In this document: positions 8,544 to 19,137 of the stretch, in pieces
How the letters are laid out: every line of letters begins with the position of its first letter
Numbering within the stretch: position 1 is the stretch's first letter
From: Candidatus Beckwithbacteria bacterium
GTDB lineage: Bacteria; Patescibacteriota; Microgenomatia; UBA1400; UBA1449
NCBI GenBank assembly: GCA_012797845.1
Contig: JAAZOH010000038.1
Coordinates: 11,919-75,918 of the forward strand
Reading direction: 5' to 3'
Length of the DNA: 64,000 nt
Made by a program: the position numbers and the translations under genes
Notes under the pieces: generated by a model
What the model saw: only the letters and a program-made list of their open reading frames with translations
Databases searched by the model: none
What the model was told of the DNA's origin: nothing

Positions 8544-8996
8544 ATCTTCTCATAAGGTTTTTGTCTAAAGCAGACATCATTTCGATGTCTGAATTGTCGT
8601 GCCATCATTTCCAATACCTGTTTAGGAAGCAAACACCGCAACCATTGTCCAATATGTTTATGGTCTAGACATCTCGATCTTACTATTCCTGGTGATAGAA
8701 AGTCTCGTTGTGGCTCAAAAATGAAACCAATAGGATTAGTATTTAAACATATTACCTATAATCCATTTACTGATAAGACAAGTGGTGAACTGATGATAGT
8801 ACATCTATGTCTAAACTGTGACAAAATCTCGACAAATAGAATTGCCGGAGATGATAATGCTCAAAGTATTATTCAACTACTAGATGAGCCAAAATCGCTA
8901 GATCCTACTTTAATTCATAGATTACATTGTTCAAACCTTACCCCACTTACCCGTCAAGATGAGCAACAAGTCTTGGCTTGTTTATTTGGTTATTGA
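8544..8996 (+). CDS. RNHCP domain protein; N-terminal part lacks a canonical start codon
   Basis: First ATG is at 8721. The in-frame upstream translation (no stop back to 8544) reads FRCLNC...ANHCPICLWSRHLD, which matches the RNHCP motif, but contains no ATG/GTG/TTG. Confidence 0.5.
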
Positions 8997-9055
8997 GGTT
9001 TTTTTATTGATTAATAAACTCAATATTATTTACAATTTTATTGTAAAATAGCTCT

Positions 9056-9715
9056 GTGAATTTTTTCTTGAAAAGCTTTCTATTTTTACTCCTGGGTTCT
9101 TTTTTATCTGTTTTAGTATTTATTTTGCTAAATAATGATATTTTTAGTGCAACCTTTGTTTTTGAAGGTAATAAAGAGCAATATCAGATAACAGATTTTT
9201 CTTTGGAGGATGCTCCAGCCGAATCATTGCGCGGAACTATTGCCAGTAGAAATGGGGAAATTTTGTGGCAATCCAGAATTGCTACACAGTCTTCAGTATT
9301 AGTAGGCGACAAAATACTTCAACAGGGAGAAATTTTAGAAACTGGGAAAGACGGAATAATTGAAGTCAAATTTGTTGATGCTGCCTTAGTTCATATGTTT
9401 GAGAATACTAAGGTTGAAATCGTTCAGACTTTGCCAGTCAATTTAGTTTTCAATCAATCTAGGGGTACAGTTACATATAAAAATTTGGGAGAAGCTCCGG
9501 TTTCGATTCGATCTATCAATCTGTTGGTAAATTTGACAAAAGGTTTGATAGATATTGATGTGGACGATCAAACGGGAGAAGTAAGCTTATCTTTAGTTGA
9601 AGGCAAGGCCAGGGTAGCATATAACAGTACGGATTTTGAAAGTAAGGTTTGGGATTTGGAAGCAGGAGACAGTTTTTTATATGACAGCAATGAAAGAGAA
9701 GGTTTTTTTGAATAA
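9056..9715 (+). CDS. membrane-anchored FecR-like domain protein (copy 1)
   Basis: GTG start, N-terminal TM, beta-rich FecR-like pattern. ~78% aa identity to 18478-19137. Confidence 0.55.
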   Translation: MNFFLKSFLFLLLGSFLSVLVFILLNNDIFSATFVFEGNKEQYQITDFSLEDAPAESLRGTIASRNGEILWQSRIATQSSVLVGDKILQQGEILETGKDGIIEVKFVDAALVHMFENTKVEIVQTLPVNLVFNQSRGTVTYKNLGEAPVSIRSINLLVNLTKGLIDIDVDDQTGEVSLSLVEGKARVAYNSTDFESKVWDLEAGDSFLYDSNEREGFFE

Positions 9716-10849
9716 TTACTTATAAGTTTTGACAGGTTCCAAGATAGTTTGTCCCTCATAACCAAGTGCCCAAAAAGCCATACCACCAAGCTTATATTTT
9801 TTAACAAGATCAATTTTTTCTTGCACGGCTTGAGCATCTGGATAAAAAATCTGGTGATAGGTTTTATACTCTTGATCGTAATAAATAAGGTATGATTCTT
9901 GAGAATTAGCCTCTATTTGCGCGCTGCAACTGGCACAACTAGCCAAAAATTCCTCTACCCTTTTATTACTAGCTGTAATGCCTGAGCCAGGCAAGGTGGC
10001 AGATCTAGGATAGTCAGTCAGGGTTTCCCATTCATAGCCGTATAAAGGAATGCCAAGAATAATTTTATTTTTAGGTAAAACCTCTAGTGCTTTTTGAATA
10101 CCGGTTTCAACATCAAACTCACTATCAATTCCGACTCCACCTACTGGTGCTACTGCTCCACTCACTTGTGAGCCAGGATAATGGTAATCATAAGTCATGA
10201 GGACAATATAGTCGACATACGGTTCAACTGCTTCAAGATTGATCAGTCTGCTTTTGATCAGATCTGTAGGACTGGCATCAATGGTCAGGGTTGTATTAAT
10301 CCGACTTTTGACTTCTTTAATAAAAGCAGTGAAATGTAGTCGGGCTGATTCTGAAGCATATAACACATTTTCGATATCAAGATTAAGATCAGTAAATCCA
10401 TATTGTTCCATGATTGGGTTAATCTGTGAAACTAAAGTTGCGGCGTGAGAAGCAGGTTCAGAGACTAATTCATTGATAGTATCTGGATCACCACTAAAAA
10501 TTAAAAGGGAGTTTTGTAAATTTTTGGAAGGAGTAAATTTCCCAGAATTTAGAGCTTGCCAGCCCGGTTCAGCTTCTCCTGGATTGGTATATTTTTGAAT
10601 CTTACCATCTCCTTCAACAGTCAGTCCAAAATAAGTAATATTGGTCAAATATTGGGAATAGTCTTTGTCAGTTTTACCTATAAACCAATATGGAAGAAAA
10701 CCGATAATATGTTGCTTATTTTGTTTTTGAAGAGGAGAAAGAATAATTGATTTGGGATTTTTATCAACGAGGTAATTTAATAAAAGCAACGTAAAGGTAA
10801 ATCCTAAAATCGTTACGAAGAAAAAAACCAGAATACTTTTTATTTTCAT
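9716..10849 (-). CDS. glycoside hydrolase family 18-like protein, membrane anchored (copy 1)
   Basis: N-terminal TM; DLNLDIE (DxxDxDxE-like), MTYDYHY and GGMAFWALGYE motifs of GH18. Confidence 0.6.
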   Translation of the reverse strand: MKIKSILVFFFVTILGFTFTLLLLNYLVDKNPKSIILSPLQKQNKQHIIGFLPYWFIGKTDKDYSQYLTNITYFGLTVEGDGKIQKYTNPGEAEPGWQALNSGKFTPSKNLQNSLLIFSGDPDTINELVSEPASHAATLVSQINPIMEQYGFTDLNLDIENVLYASESARLHFTAFIKEVKSRINTTLTIDASPTDLIKSRLINLEAVEPYVDYIVLMTYDYHYPGSQVSGAVAPVGGVGIDSEFDVETGIQKALEVLPKNKIILGIPLYGYEWETLTDYPRSATLPGSGITASNKRVEEFLASCASCSAQIEANSQESYLIYYDQEYKTYHQIFYPDAQAVQEKIDLVKKYKLGGMAFWALGYEGQTILEPVKTYK

Positions 10850-10946
10850 CTATTTTATTTTAACATGGCCACCTTTAGAAACTGTTTAATATAAAGTATC
10901 AGGAGAGTATTTAGAAAAATATTACAGTACTTATTAAACTCAAAAT

Positions 10947-11750
10947 TTATTTTAATCTTCTGAACATTGCATATACCCGACCATGATCTTTGGAAAATGT
11001 TAAAGTGATTGCATAATTATTTTCTTCCCACCTTAAGCAGTTGTTTTCATCAATACTAAAACTTAAGTTGTCTGCATACTTTTCTTTATAGTCTTGGATA
11101 AATTTATCCATATTTGCTTTATCTACCGTCCAATATTGAGTATATTCAATCTCTCCGCCATTTTGATTGAGTTTACCGTAACTATTTTCATGTTCCTGCC
11201 AGCTAGGATCAATTTCGATTATATTGGGATAATCAGCATAATATTTGTTAGTTTTAGTAAATTCTTTTTCTGGTACATAGACTTGTAAATAAGAAGTGCC
11301 ATCACCGTAATCAGATACTGAAACAATATATGATCCAATAGTCCCCTCTACCCTAGAATCGCTTGAAGTGTCTTCATTTGCTTCGTTCATTAAAGATCGG
11401 TAATAGTTAAGAAGCTCAATCTGTTCAGCTGCCGAAGCAAAAACCACATTGTAATAGTTTTTTTGAGTGGGTAAAAAAGTTTCTATATTTACAGGATCAT
11501 CATTGACGAAATATTTAATTGATTCAATTCTCTTGCTTTTATATAAGGGAACTAAATTTTGGGGATAACCATCCAATAAACTAGTCATAAAATCATCAGA
11601 TTTATTAGCCGATATTTGTTTGGAAGTATTTTGAGTTTGAGTTTTTTGATCAAAATTGTTTTTTGAATAAGGATGTGTGTTTAAAAATATTAAAGTTCCT
11701 ACTCCAAGGATTAATAAAAATACTATGACAATAATAAATTTTGATTTCAT
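10947..11750 (-). CDS. hypothetical secreted protein
   Basis: N-terminal signal/TM. A fragment homologous to its 3' end lies at 22395-22535. Confidence 0.45.
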   Translation of the reverse strand: MKSKFIIVIVFLLILGVGTLIFLNTHPYSKNNFDQKTQTQNTSKQISANKSDDFMTSLLDGYPQNLVPLYKSKRIESIKYFVNDDPVNIETFLPTQKNYYNVVFASAAEQIELLNYYRSLMNEANEDTSSDSRVEGTIGSYIVSVSDYGDGTSYLQVYVPEKEFTKTNKYYADYPNIIEIDPSWQEHENSYGKLNQNGGEIEYTQYWTVDKANMDKFIQDYKEKYADNLSFSIDENNCLRWEENNYAITLTFSKDHGRVYAMFRRLK

Positions 11751-11900
11751 AATATAAAAATATTAATAAGTAAAGTTTAAAAATTGTAACACTACTTTTT
11801 CCAATTTGTCTATGTATTCTCTGCAAAAAACATGATACAAGGGTGAAATTTTAAAATACCTGGTACAATATCGCCATAAATCAGTAATTTCAGTAAAAGT

Positions 11901-12992
11901 ATGGCTAAATCAGATAATTCCTTAATCCATATCCATGAAGTGGTTAAAACCTATGAAACCGAGGCCGGAGATTTTACAGCCCTTAATAAAATTAATCTTT
12001 CGGTTGGTAAAAGCGAATTTGTCGGAATTATTGGCAAATCCGGGAGTGGTAAATCAACTTTGATCAACATGTTGACAGGGATTGACCGCTCGACAGCTGG
12101 CCAAATTGTCATCAATGGGACTGATATTACTAAACTTGATGAAGGCCAAATGGCGGTTTGGCGAGGCAAAAATATGGGGATTGTGTTCCAGTTTTTCCAA
12201 CTCTTACCTACGCTTACCGTTATTGAAAACATCATGTTGCCAATGGATTTTTGTAATGTTTATAAGCCAAATCAACGCAGCCAAAAAGCTTTGGAGTTGT
12301 TAGGGCAAGTTGATTTGGCAGACCAAGCTCATAAATTCCCCAGCCAACTATCAGGTGGACAGCAGCAGCGGATTGCTATTGCTCGAGCTTTAGCCAATGA
12401 CCCGCCGATTATTTGTGCCGATGAACCAACCGGCAACTTAGATTCTAAAACAGCTGAACAAATTTTTGGTCTGTTTCAGTCTTTAGTTGATAGTGGCAAA
12501 ACTATCGTTATGGTGACTCACGATAAAGATCTAGCTAAAAAAGTCAGTCGGACGATTTTAATTGCTGATGGCCAAGTGATTGAAGAATACCTAATGAGCA
12601 CTTTTTCCTCTCTAGCTCCTGCCAAATTAGCCTGGGTGACTGAGCAAGTCGAAACTGCTGAATTTGCACCAGGCAAGCTGATTGTCAAAGAAGGTGAGGT
12701 TATGAATTATTTTTATGTGATTATGAATGGTATGGTTGAGATTGTAATTTCTAAAAATAAAAAAGAAAAAATCTTAGGAACCTTTGGGCGAGGTAAATAT
12801 TTTGGAGAAATAGAGCTATTTCATGATACTAAAAGTATAGCTTCAGCTCGAGCTGGCAAAAAAGGTGTCCGGATTGGCCGGATTAAAAAAGATGTTTTTA
12901 ATCAAATTGTGCATGAAACCCCGGTTTTGGGAAAGAAACTTCGTAACTTAGCTAGTAAACATTGGGAAGAAAATAAAACTGCTAGAAAGTAA
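11901..12992 (+). CDS. ABC transporter ATP-binding protein (MacB/LolD-like) fused to a C-terminal cyclic nucleotide-binding domain
   Basis: Walker [10 protein letters not shown], signature [15 protein letters not shown], Walker B. C-terminal [10 protein letters not shown]...ARA pattern typical of cNMP-binding domains. Confidence 0.7.
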   Translation: MAKSDNSLIHIHEVVKTYETEAGDFTALNKINLSVGKSEFVGIIGKSGSGKSTLINMLTGIDRSTAGQIVINGTDITKLDEGQMAVWRGKNMGIVFQFFQLLPTLTVIENIMLPMDFCNVYKPNQRSQKALELLGQVDLADQAHKFPSQLSGGQQQRIAIARALANDPPIICADEPTGNLDSKTAEQIFGLFQSLVDSGKTIVMVTHDKDLAKKVSRTILIADGQVIEEYLMSTFSSLAPAKLAWVTEQVETAEFAPGKLIVKEGEVMNYFYVIMNGMVEIVISKNKKEKILGTFGRGKYFGEIELFHDTKSIASARAGKKGVRIGRIKKDVFNQIVHETPVLGKKLRNLASKHWEENKTARK

Positions 12993-12994
12993 TT

Positions 12995-15376
12995 ATGAAT
13001 CCTCGATGGAACAAAGTTTGGCGTGATTTGTGGGCCAACAAAAGTCGGACTATTGTTGTGGTTTTAGCTATTGCTGTAGGAGTTATGGCTTTTTCTTCAG
13101 TTTTTATTACCAGAGCTGTGTTACTCAAAGACATGAACACTCAATACACAGCTATTAATCCTTCCAGTGTAATTTTACGTTTTCGGGATGGTTTTGAGCC
13201 TGATTTGGTCAACTGGATCGAAACTCAAAAAGGAGTTAAAGCAGCTCGGGCCACTGGTGGGACTTTGGTGCGGATCTTTACTCCTCAAGGTGCTAGAAAT
13301 GTGGAATTAATTGCCCTAAATGATTATGACAAAATTTTAGTGAATCAAGTTACTCCAGAAACTGGGTCTTGGCCACCCCAACGTAAAGAACTAATTTTTG
13401 AGCGGCGTTCGGCTTTAGCTCTCCCCTACCAGTTGGGTGATGATATCGAAATTGAAACGCCAAAAGGCCGGCAAAAAACCTTAAACTTTGCTGGAACAGT
13501 TCATGATTTACGAGCTATACCAGCTAATCTGTTTCCTCAGTTTACGGCTTATGTTTCTTTTGACACGATCCGCTATTTGGATGAAAGTGATGTCCTTACC
13601 AGTCTGGAAATCCAAACTGACGATACAATTAAAACTAAAGACAAAGCTTTAGCTTTAGGGAATCAGCTTAAAAAAGACTTAGAAAATCGAGGTTTTGAGC
13701 ATATCAGTGTTAGAGCTGAAGATCCCAACAAACATTGGAGTCAGGATGTAACCAGTGCTTTTGTGATGATTCTGACTATTATCGGAGCTTTTTCCTTAGT
13801 GTTATCTTTGTTTTTAGTTTTCAACACAGTTTCAGCTATTGTAGTTCAGCAAAAAAAACAGATTGGCATTATGAAAGCCATTGGAGCTAAACGGCTCCAA
13901 ATTAGTATTTTATTTTTAGCTATGGCTTTAAGCTACGGTTTCCTATCGCTTTTAGTAGCCATTCCAGTTGGAGCCTTGTTGGGTTATGGAAGCTTAGCCA
14001 TGGTAACAAATTTTTTAAATTTGGAAATTTTAGATTTTCATATTCCGCCAATGGTACTAGCTATGGAAACAGGTATTGCTTTAGTAGTACCGGTTATTGC
14101 TGCTTTAATTCCTATTATTCAAGGTACTAAGATTACCGTTCGAGAAGCTATCAGTGATTATGTGGTAGCTAAACAGCAAAAATCCTGGCTTAATTCTTTA
14201 TTAACCGAACTGACGATGTTGTCGAGGCCAATGGCAGTTTCATTACGTAATACCTTCCGGCAAAAAGGCCGACTGATTCTAACGTTGGTAACTTTAACAA
14301 TAGCCGGAACACTCTTTGTCAGTGTAATTGGAGTGCGCAGCTCTATGGTTGTTGAGCTCAATAATATTTTGGAACTGAATAACTATGACATGGAACTGTA
14401 TTTTGATGGGACGTATGATAGCCAAAAAGTCACTACTGATACTCAAAAAGTTGAAGGCGTAGCAGAAGCTTATACTCCACTAAATATTTCCGGTGAGTGG
14501 CAAAAAAATAGTGGCTCAGAAAGTGATCAAAAGGAATTCATCCCGATTCAAGGATATATACCCAACTCTCAGTTTTCACTGGTTACTATTACCAGGGGCC
14601 GGAATTTACAACGCAGCGACAGTAACCAAATTATTATTTCCAATAAATTTTTGCGAGATGATCCAAGCATAGAAGTAGGTAAAACGCTAACCTTTACTAT
14701 TAATGACAAAGATTATGATTTTGAAATTGTCGGTGTGTACCTGCTAGCTGATACTAAAATGGTTTTGGTAAACAGCAATTATTTGCGCAAAATCGTGCCA
14801 GATGCTGATCAAGCTAGTAGTGTTCAGATCAAAACTACCAAGCATGATTCAGCCTTTTTGATAAGTTTTGCTAAGACTGTCGAAGAAAGCATGAAACGAC
14901 GGGGTTATGATGTGGCTTATTCTCTAACGATTGACAGTATTCGCAGCGCTTCTGCCGGTCAATTTGATTTTCTGGTGGGATTTTTGATGATGATGGCGGC
15001 TTTAGTAGCGGTAGTTGGTGGCCTCGGCTTAGCTGGCACCATGTCTTTAAATGTTTTAGAGCGAACTAGAGAAATTGGAGTAATGCGCTCAATTGGTGCT
15101 TCAAACAGCTCGGTGTTTAGATTGGTTATTGTGGAGAGTTTAAGCATCGGTTTTATTAGTTGGTTGATCGCAGTGCCTTTATCAGTGCCTGTAGGATTAG
15201 GTTTTTGTTATGCTTTGGGAACAGCTTTTTTTGAAGAAGTTTTACCATATGTTTTTTCACCAGTTGGTATGCTTATCTGGTTAGTGTTGGTTATTGTGAT
15301 TGCTGTTTTGGCTAGTATAGCTCCTGCTAAAAAAGCAGTTAGCCTAACTGTCAGAGACACTTTATCATACGAATAA
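12995..15376 (+). CDS. ABC transporter permease, FtsX/MacB-like (two FtsX modules)
   Basis: 793 aa with two TM clusters and a large extracytoplasmic domain. Translationally coupled to the upstream ATPase. Confidence 0.65.
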   Translation: MNPRWNKVWRDLWANKSRTIVVVLAIAVGVMAFSSVFITRAVLLKDMNTQYTAINPSSVILRFRDGFEPDLVNWIETQKGVKAARATGGTLVRIFTPQGARNVELIALNDYDKILVNQVTPETGSWPPQRKELIFERRSALALPYQLGDDIEIETPKGRQKTLNFAGTVHDLRAIPANLFPQFTAYVSFDTIRYLDESDVLTSLEIQTDDTIKTKDKALALGNQLKKDLENRGFEHISVRAEDPNKHWSQDVTSAFVMILTIIGAFSLVLSLFLVFNTVSAIVVQQKKQIGIMKAIGAKRLQISILFLAMALSYGFLSLLVAIPVGALLGYGSLAMVTNFLNLEILDFHIPPMVLAMETGIALVVPVIAALIPIIQGTKITVREAISDYVVAKQQKSWLNSLLTELTMLSRPMAVSLRNTFRQKGRLILTLVTLTIAGTLFVSVIGVRSSMVVELNNILELNNYDMELYFDGTYDSQKVTTDTQKVEGVAEAYTPLNISGEWQKNSGSESDQKEFIPIQGYIPNSQFSLVTITRGRNLQRSDSNQIIISNKFLRDDPSIEVGKTLTFTINDKDYDFEIVGVYLLADTKMVLVNSNYLRKIVPDADQASSVQIKTTKHDSAFLISFAKTVEESMKRRGYDVAYSLTIDSIRSASAGQFDFLVGFLMMMAALVAVVGGLGLAGTMSLNVLERTREIGVMRSIGASNSSVFRLVIVESLSIGFISWLIAVPLSVPVGLGFCYALGTAFFEEVLPYVFSPVGMLIWLVLVIVIAVLASIAPAKKAVSLTVRDTLSYE

Positions 15377-15418
15377 AACTTTTTTGAAATATCTGGTAAA
15401 ATACAGCCTGTATAAACT

Positions 15419-16486
15419 ATGAATAAGATTTTTGCTTGGTTTTGGAACCATAAATTTAGATCCATCATTCTTCTCCTGATTATTGGAGCGGTTATTTTTT
15501 ACGTGATCAAAAAAAACCAACCACCCAAAGTTGAAACAGCTACAGTTAGCAAAGGTGAGATTACCAGCATTATTGAAGCTTCTGGTCAAGTCATGGCCCA
15601 AGAAACTGCGGATTTAACATTTAGTGCTACTGGTAAAATTGCCTGGGTTGGAGTTAAAAAAGGTGACCAGATTAGTAGGTGGCAAGCTTTAGCTAGCTTG
15701 GATCAGCGGGAACTGCAGAAACAACTTAAAAAAGCTTTGCTTACCCAGCAAACAACTCGGAATAATTTTGAAAATACCATTGTTGATTATGATTACGGAA
15801 TTAGCTCAGTCAATAATTATGATATTCAAACTAGAGGCGATGAAGACTTGGTGATCAAGCGGCTACTTATAAATAATCAAATTTCTTTAGATAGTGCAAC
15901 GCTGGATGTAGAAATAGCCGATTTAGCCAGAGACTATGCTACTTTGATTAGTCCCATTTCAGGTACTGTAGTCAATGATGGTAGTCTAAAACCCGGGCAG
16001 TGGTTAACAGCTGCCAATCTTAGCAGTAAAGCAATTCGGATTACTGACCTTTCAACGCTTTATTTTCAGGCTAATATTGATGAAGCTGATTATGCCAATA
16101 TCCAAATTGGCCAAGCAGTTATCATTACCTTAGATAGTTTTCCTGACAAAAAAATAAATGGCACAGTGACTTTTATTGGCAAAGAAGGTGTCAAAAAAAC
16201 TGGTGGTAGTGTCCAAATTCCCATTGATATTGCTATGACTAATGCTCCCTTAGGAGTAGTAACTGAACTGAATGGGGATGTAAATGTAATTTTACAGAAA
16301 AAAAATAATGTCTTGAAACTTGATAAAACGTTTGTTCACAAAGAGGATGACAAGTACAGTGTCAATATTTTAGATAATAATAAAGTCATTTCTAGGCCAG
16401 TCAAAATCGGTCTTATCGGTCCGGATAATTACGAGATTATAAGCGGTTTAGCTGAGGGTGACCAAGTAGTCAATGTGGTGAAATAG
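15419..16486 (+). CDS. HlyD-family periplasmic adaptor (MacA-like)
   Basis: N-terminal TM, coiled-coil segment, beta-barrel C-terminus. Confidence 0.6.
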   Translation: MNKIFAWFWNHKFRSIILLLIIGAVIFYVIKKNQPPKVETATVSKGEITSIIEASGQVMAQETADLTFSATGKIAWVGVKKGDQISRWQALASLDQRELQKQLKKALLTQQTTRNNFENTIVDYDYGISSVNNYDIQTRGDEDLVIKRLLINNQISLDSATLDVEIADLARDYATLISPISGTVVNDGSLKPGQWLTAANLSSKAIRITDLSTLYFQANIDEADYANIQIGQAVIITLDSFPDKKINGTVTFIGKEGVKKTGGSVQIPIDIAMTNAPLGVVTELNGDVNVILQKKNNVLKLDKTFVHKEDDKYSVNILDNNKVISRPVKIGLIGPDNYEIISGLAEGDQVVNVVK

Positions 16487-16556
16487 AAAAATACTAATAC
16501 CTTTATACTCTAGCTATACTTTCAATTTTCCATTCAATCTGCCATGATATATTGGC

Positions 16557-17615
16557 ATGTCAGACAATTTTTTAATCCTTGGATGGTATGGTTTTGCCCA
16601 TTTTCTGGTAGATGCTGCTTGTGCTGGTTTAGTATACTCTCTTTCTATCGGTTCCCAGTTTGCAGGTTTAAATTTTTTCTTCCTGATTGTTCTATACAAT
16701 GTGTTTGCATTTGGTTTTCAGCCACTTATTGGTTTTATTGTTGATAGCTATCGACTACCTCGTTTTTCTGCAATCATTGGCTATGGTTTGATTGTAATCA
16801 GTCTTTTAGTAGCTAGTCTTCTACCAACACTCTCATTTTTCTTAGCCGGTTTTGGCAATGCCTTTTTCCATGTTGGTGGAGGAATTGTCAGCCTAAGTAT
16901 AAACCCAGGCAAAGCAACAGCTCCTGGTTTGTTTGTAGCTCCCGGAGCACTAGGTTTATTTATTGGCATGATAGCAGGTAAATCAAACACCTCTTTGTTC
17001 TACTGGGTTGTTTTACTGCTGTTGGCTGGTGTGACAACGCTGTTATTACCTGCTCCCAAAACTATTTATAACTATATTAAAAAGGTAGCTAAAATCCGCT
17101 ACGGGACCATTATAATTTTACTTTTACTTGCTTCTATTTCGGTTCGGGCACTGGTGGGTATGGCTGTATTTTTTCCCTGGAAAAGCAACATACTTTTATT
17201 GGCAATTTTGACTTTGGCAGCCGGAAGCGGCAAAGGTATGGGTGGCATTGTGGCTGACAAATTGGGTTGGGTAAAAACCAGTGTGGGTGCTTTAGTACTT
17301 TCAATACCCTTTTTATACCTGGGTGCTGCTTATCCCCTTTTAGGTATTGCCGGTATGCTTTTGTTTCAGATGACTATGCCCGTTACACTGGTAGCTTTAG
17401 CAATGCTGCTGCCAGGCAGTCCCGGTTTTACCTTTGGTTTGACAACCTTAGCCTTGTTGCTAGGAGCTTTGCCGGTTATGTTTGCCTATCACGGATTTTT
17501 CACCCAGCCAATTATCAATAGTCTTACCATTGTGGGTTCAGCCGCCATACTATTTGTAAGTTTGCGATTGTTTTTTAAAACAGCAGCATCAAAACAGCTA
17601 GTTGTTCACGAATAA
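16557..17615 (+). CDS. polytopic membrane protein
   Basis: Gly/Ala-rich TM helices. Confidence 0.4.
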   Translation: MSDNFLILGWYGFAHFLVDAACAGLVYSLSIGSQFAGLNFFFLIVLYNVFAFGFQPLIGFIVDSYRLPRFSAIIGYGLIVISLLVASLLPTLSFFLAGFGNAFFHVGGGIVSLSINPGKATAPGLFVAPGALGLFIGMIAGKSNTSLFYWVVLLLLAGVTTLLLPAPKTIYNYIKKVAKIRYGTIIILLLLASISVRALVGMAVFFPWKSNILLLAILTLAAGSGKGMGGIVADKLGWVKTSVGALVLSIPFLYLGAAYPLLGIAGMLLFQMTMPVTLVALAMLLPGSPGFTFGLTTLALLLGALPVMFAYHGFFTQPIINSLTIVGSAAILFVSLRLFFKTAASKQLVVHE

Positions 17616-17904
17616 ATCACAATCTATACTAAAAATAGCACTGCTGCCTATGATAAAACCTAAACTGTATATACCCATTTTTCTATTTCTGGTTTTAGGA
17701 TCATTAGTTAAACCAGTTTTTGCCTTAGCCGACCTAATTTCTCCTGGAGAATCAATTTATCGCAACGATCTTTTTAATGGGCAAAGCGGAAATTACGAAA
17801 TTAGCACTGAAGGCTATCTTATTGGTGCTGTTGTAGCTACTGTTGTTACTATTTCATTCATTTTGCTTCTTAAGATCAGATATAAACAATCAAAGAAAAA
17901 ATGA
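17602..17904 (+). CDS. small membrane protein
   Basis: Two hydrophobic segments; overlaps neighbours in operon fashion. Confidence 0.35.
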   Translation: MFTNKSQSILKIALLPMIKPKLYIPIFLFLVLGSLVKPVFALADLISPGESIYRNDLFNGQSGNYEISTEGYLIGAVVATVVTISFILLLKIRYKQSKKK

Positions 17905-18278
17905 CGTCTTTATTTCTTTACTTTCTAACTCTGACTCTAACTATCGTTATAGAAATTTTAGTTGGTGGCACAATGCTTGGCTGGAAAAATAAGTTATTTT
18001 TAACTAGCATTGTTTTGGTCAATCTGATTACCCACCCCCTGCTCAATTACATTCTCTATCTCGATACATACTTGGGATTTTTGGGATCAAGATTTTTTGC
18101 TACAGTCATGCTTGAAGCTTTGGTAGTACTTGTGGAATGGCGGTTACTTGTTTTTGCCATGAGATCATTTTCAGTGCAATTATTTAAATTATCTCTTATT
18201 ATGAATGTTATGTCATATCTTTTGGGATCCTACTTTTTAGTTATATTTGCCATGATCTATAACGTGGTTGTCTTCTAG
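17901..18278 (+). CDS. membrane protein
   Basis: 4 predicted TM helices. Confidence 0.35.
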   Translation: MTSLFLYFLTLTLTIVIEILVGGTMLGWKNKLFLTSIVLVNLITHPLLNYILYLDTYLGFLGSRFFATVMLEALVVLVEWRLLVFAMRSFSVQLFKLSLIMNVMSYLLGSYFLVIFAMIYNVVVF

Positions 18279-18477
18279 AGTATTTATGACCTTTGATCAG
18301 CTCATGCTTTTATTGTTATTGTTCCTATGCAAAAACTCTTCATTGTCTTCTCTTAATATCGACCTGTTCTCGAGTTATTAAGTTTTAGATTGTCTGTGAA
18401 AATAATAATATTTTTAGAGATATTTTCATTAATTAACAAGCTCAATATTATTTATTATTATATTGTAAAATAGCCTT

Positions 18478-19137
18478 GTGAATTTTTTCCTAAAAGGCTT
18501 TCTATTTTTACTATTAGGTTCTTTTCTCTCAGTTTTAGTATTTATCTTACTAAATAATAATATTTTCAGTAAAACCTTTGTTTTTGAAGGCAATAAGCAG
18601 CAATATCAGCCAACAAACTTTTCTTTGGAAGATGCTCCAGTAGAATCGCTGCGAGGGACTATTGCCACTAGAAGCGGAGAGATTTTGTGGCAATCCAGAG
18701 TTGCGACAGAGTCTTCAACATTAGTTGATGACATACAGTTTCAGCAGGGAGAAATGGTAGAAACCAAGAAAAATGGGACAATTGAAGTCAAATTTACCGA
18801 TGCCGCACAGGTTGATATATTTGAAAATACTAAGGTTGAAATAGTCCAAACCTTACCGGTCAATTTGGTTTTTAACCAGTTCAAAGGCAAAGCTCAATAT
18901 AAAAATTTAGGAGTAGCTCCAGTTTCAGTCAGGTCTATGAATCTGTTGGTAAATTTAGTTGAAGGTTTAATGGACATCGATGTGGACGATCAAACTGGAG
19001 AAATCACTGTAACTTTAGATGAAGGACAAGCCAAAGTAGCGTATAACAGTGCAGAGTTTGAAAGTCAGATTTGGGATTTGGAAACAGGAGATATATTTAT
19101 CTATGACAGCAATGAAAGACAAGGTTTTTTTGAGTAA
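18478..19137 (+). CDS. membrane-anchored FecR-like domain protein (copy 2)
   Basis: Paralog of 9056-9715; GTG start. Confidence 0.55.
   Translation: MNFFLKGFLFLLLGSFLSVLVFILLNNNIFSKTFVFEGNKQQYQPTNFSLEDAPVESLRGTIATRSGEILWQSRVATESSTLVDDIQFQQGEMVETKKNGTIEVKFTDAAQVDIFENTKVEIVQTLPVNLVFNQFKGKAQYKNLGVAPVSVRSMNLLVNLVEGLMDIDVDDQTGEITVTLDEGQAKVAYNSAEFESQIWDLETGDIFIYDSNERQGFFE

Larger units (their letters stand above)
9010..10875. repeat. segmental duplication copy 1 (FecR-like + GH18-like cassette)
   Basis: ~85% nucleotide identity to 18428-20290, in the same orientation. Confidence 0.8.

Noticed and set aside
8353-8580. 75-aa minus-strand ORF overlapping the DUF2726 3' end and the RNHCP upstream region
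   Set aside because: Low-complexity Lys/Ile/Phe-rich translation of AT-rich DNA with no motif. It conflicts with the RNHCP in-frame N-terminal region.
16544-16744. 66-aa Cys/Trp/Phe-rich ORF overlapping the start of the 16557 membrane protein
   Set aside because: Alternate frame of a genuine TM-coding region; composition artefact.
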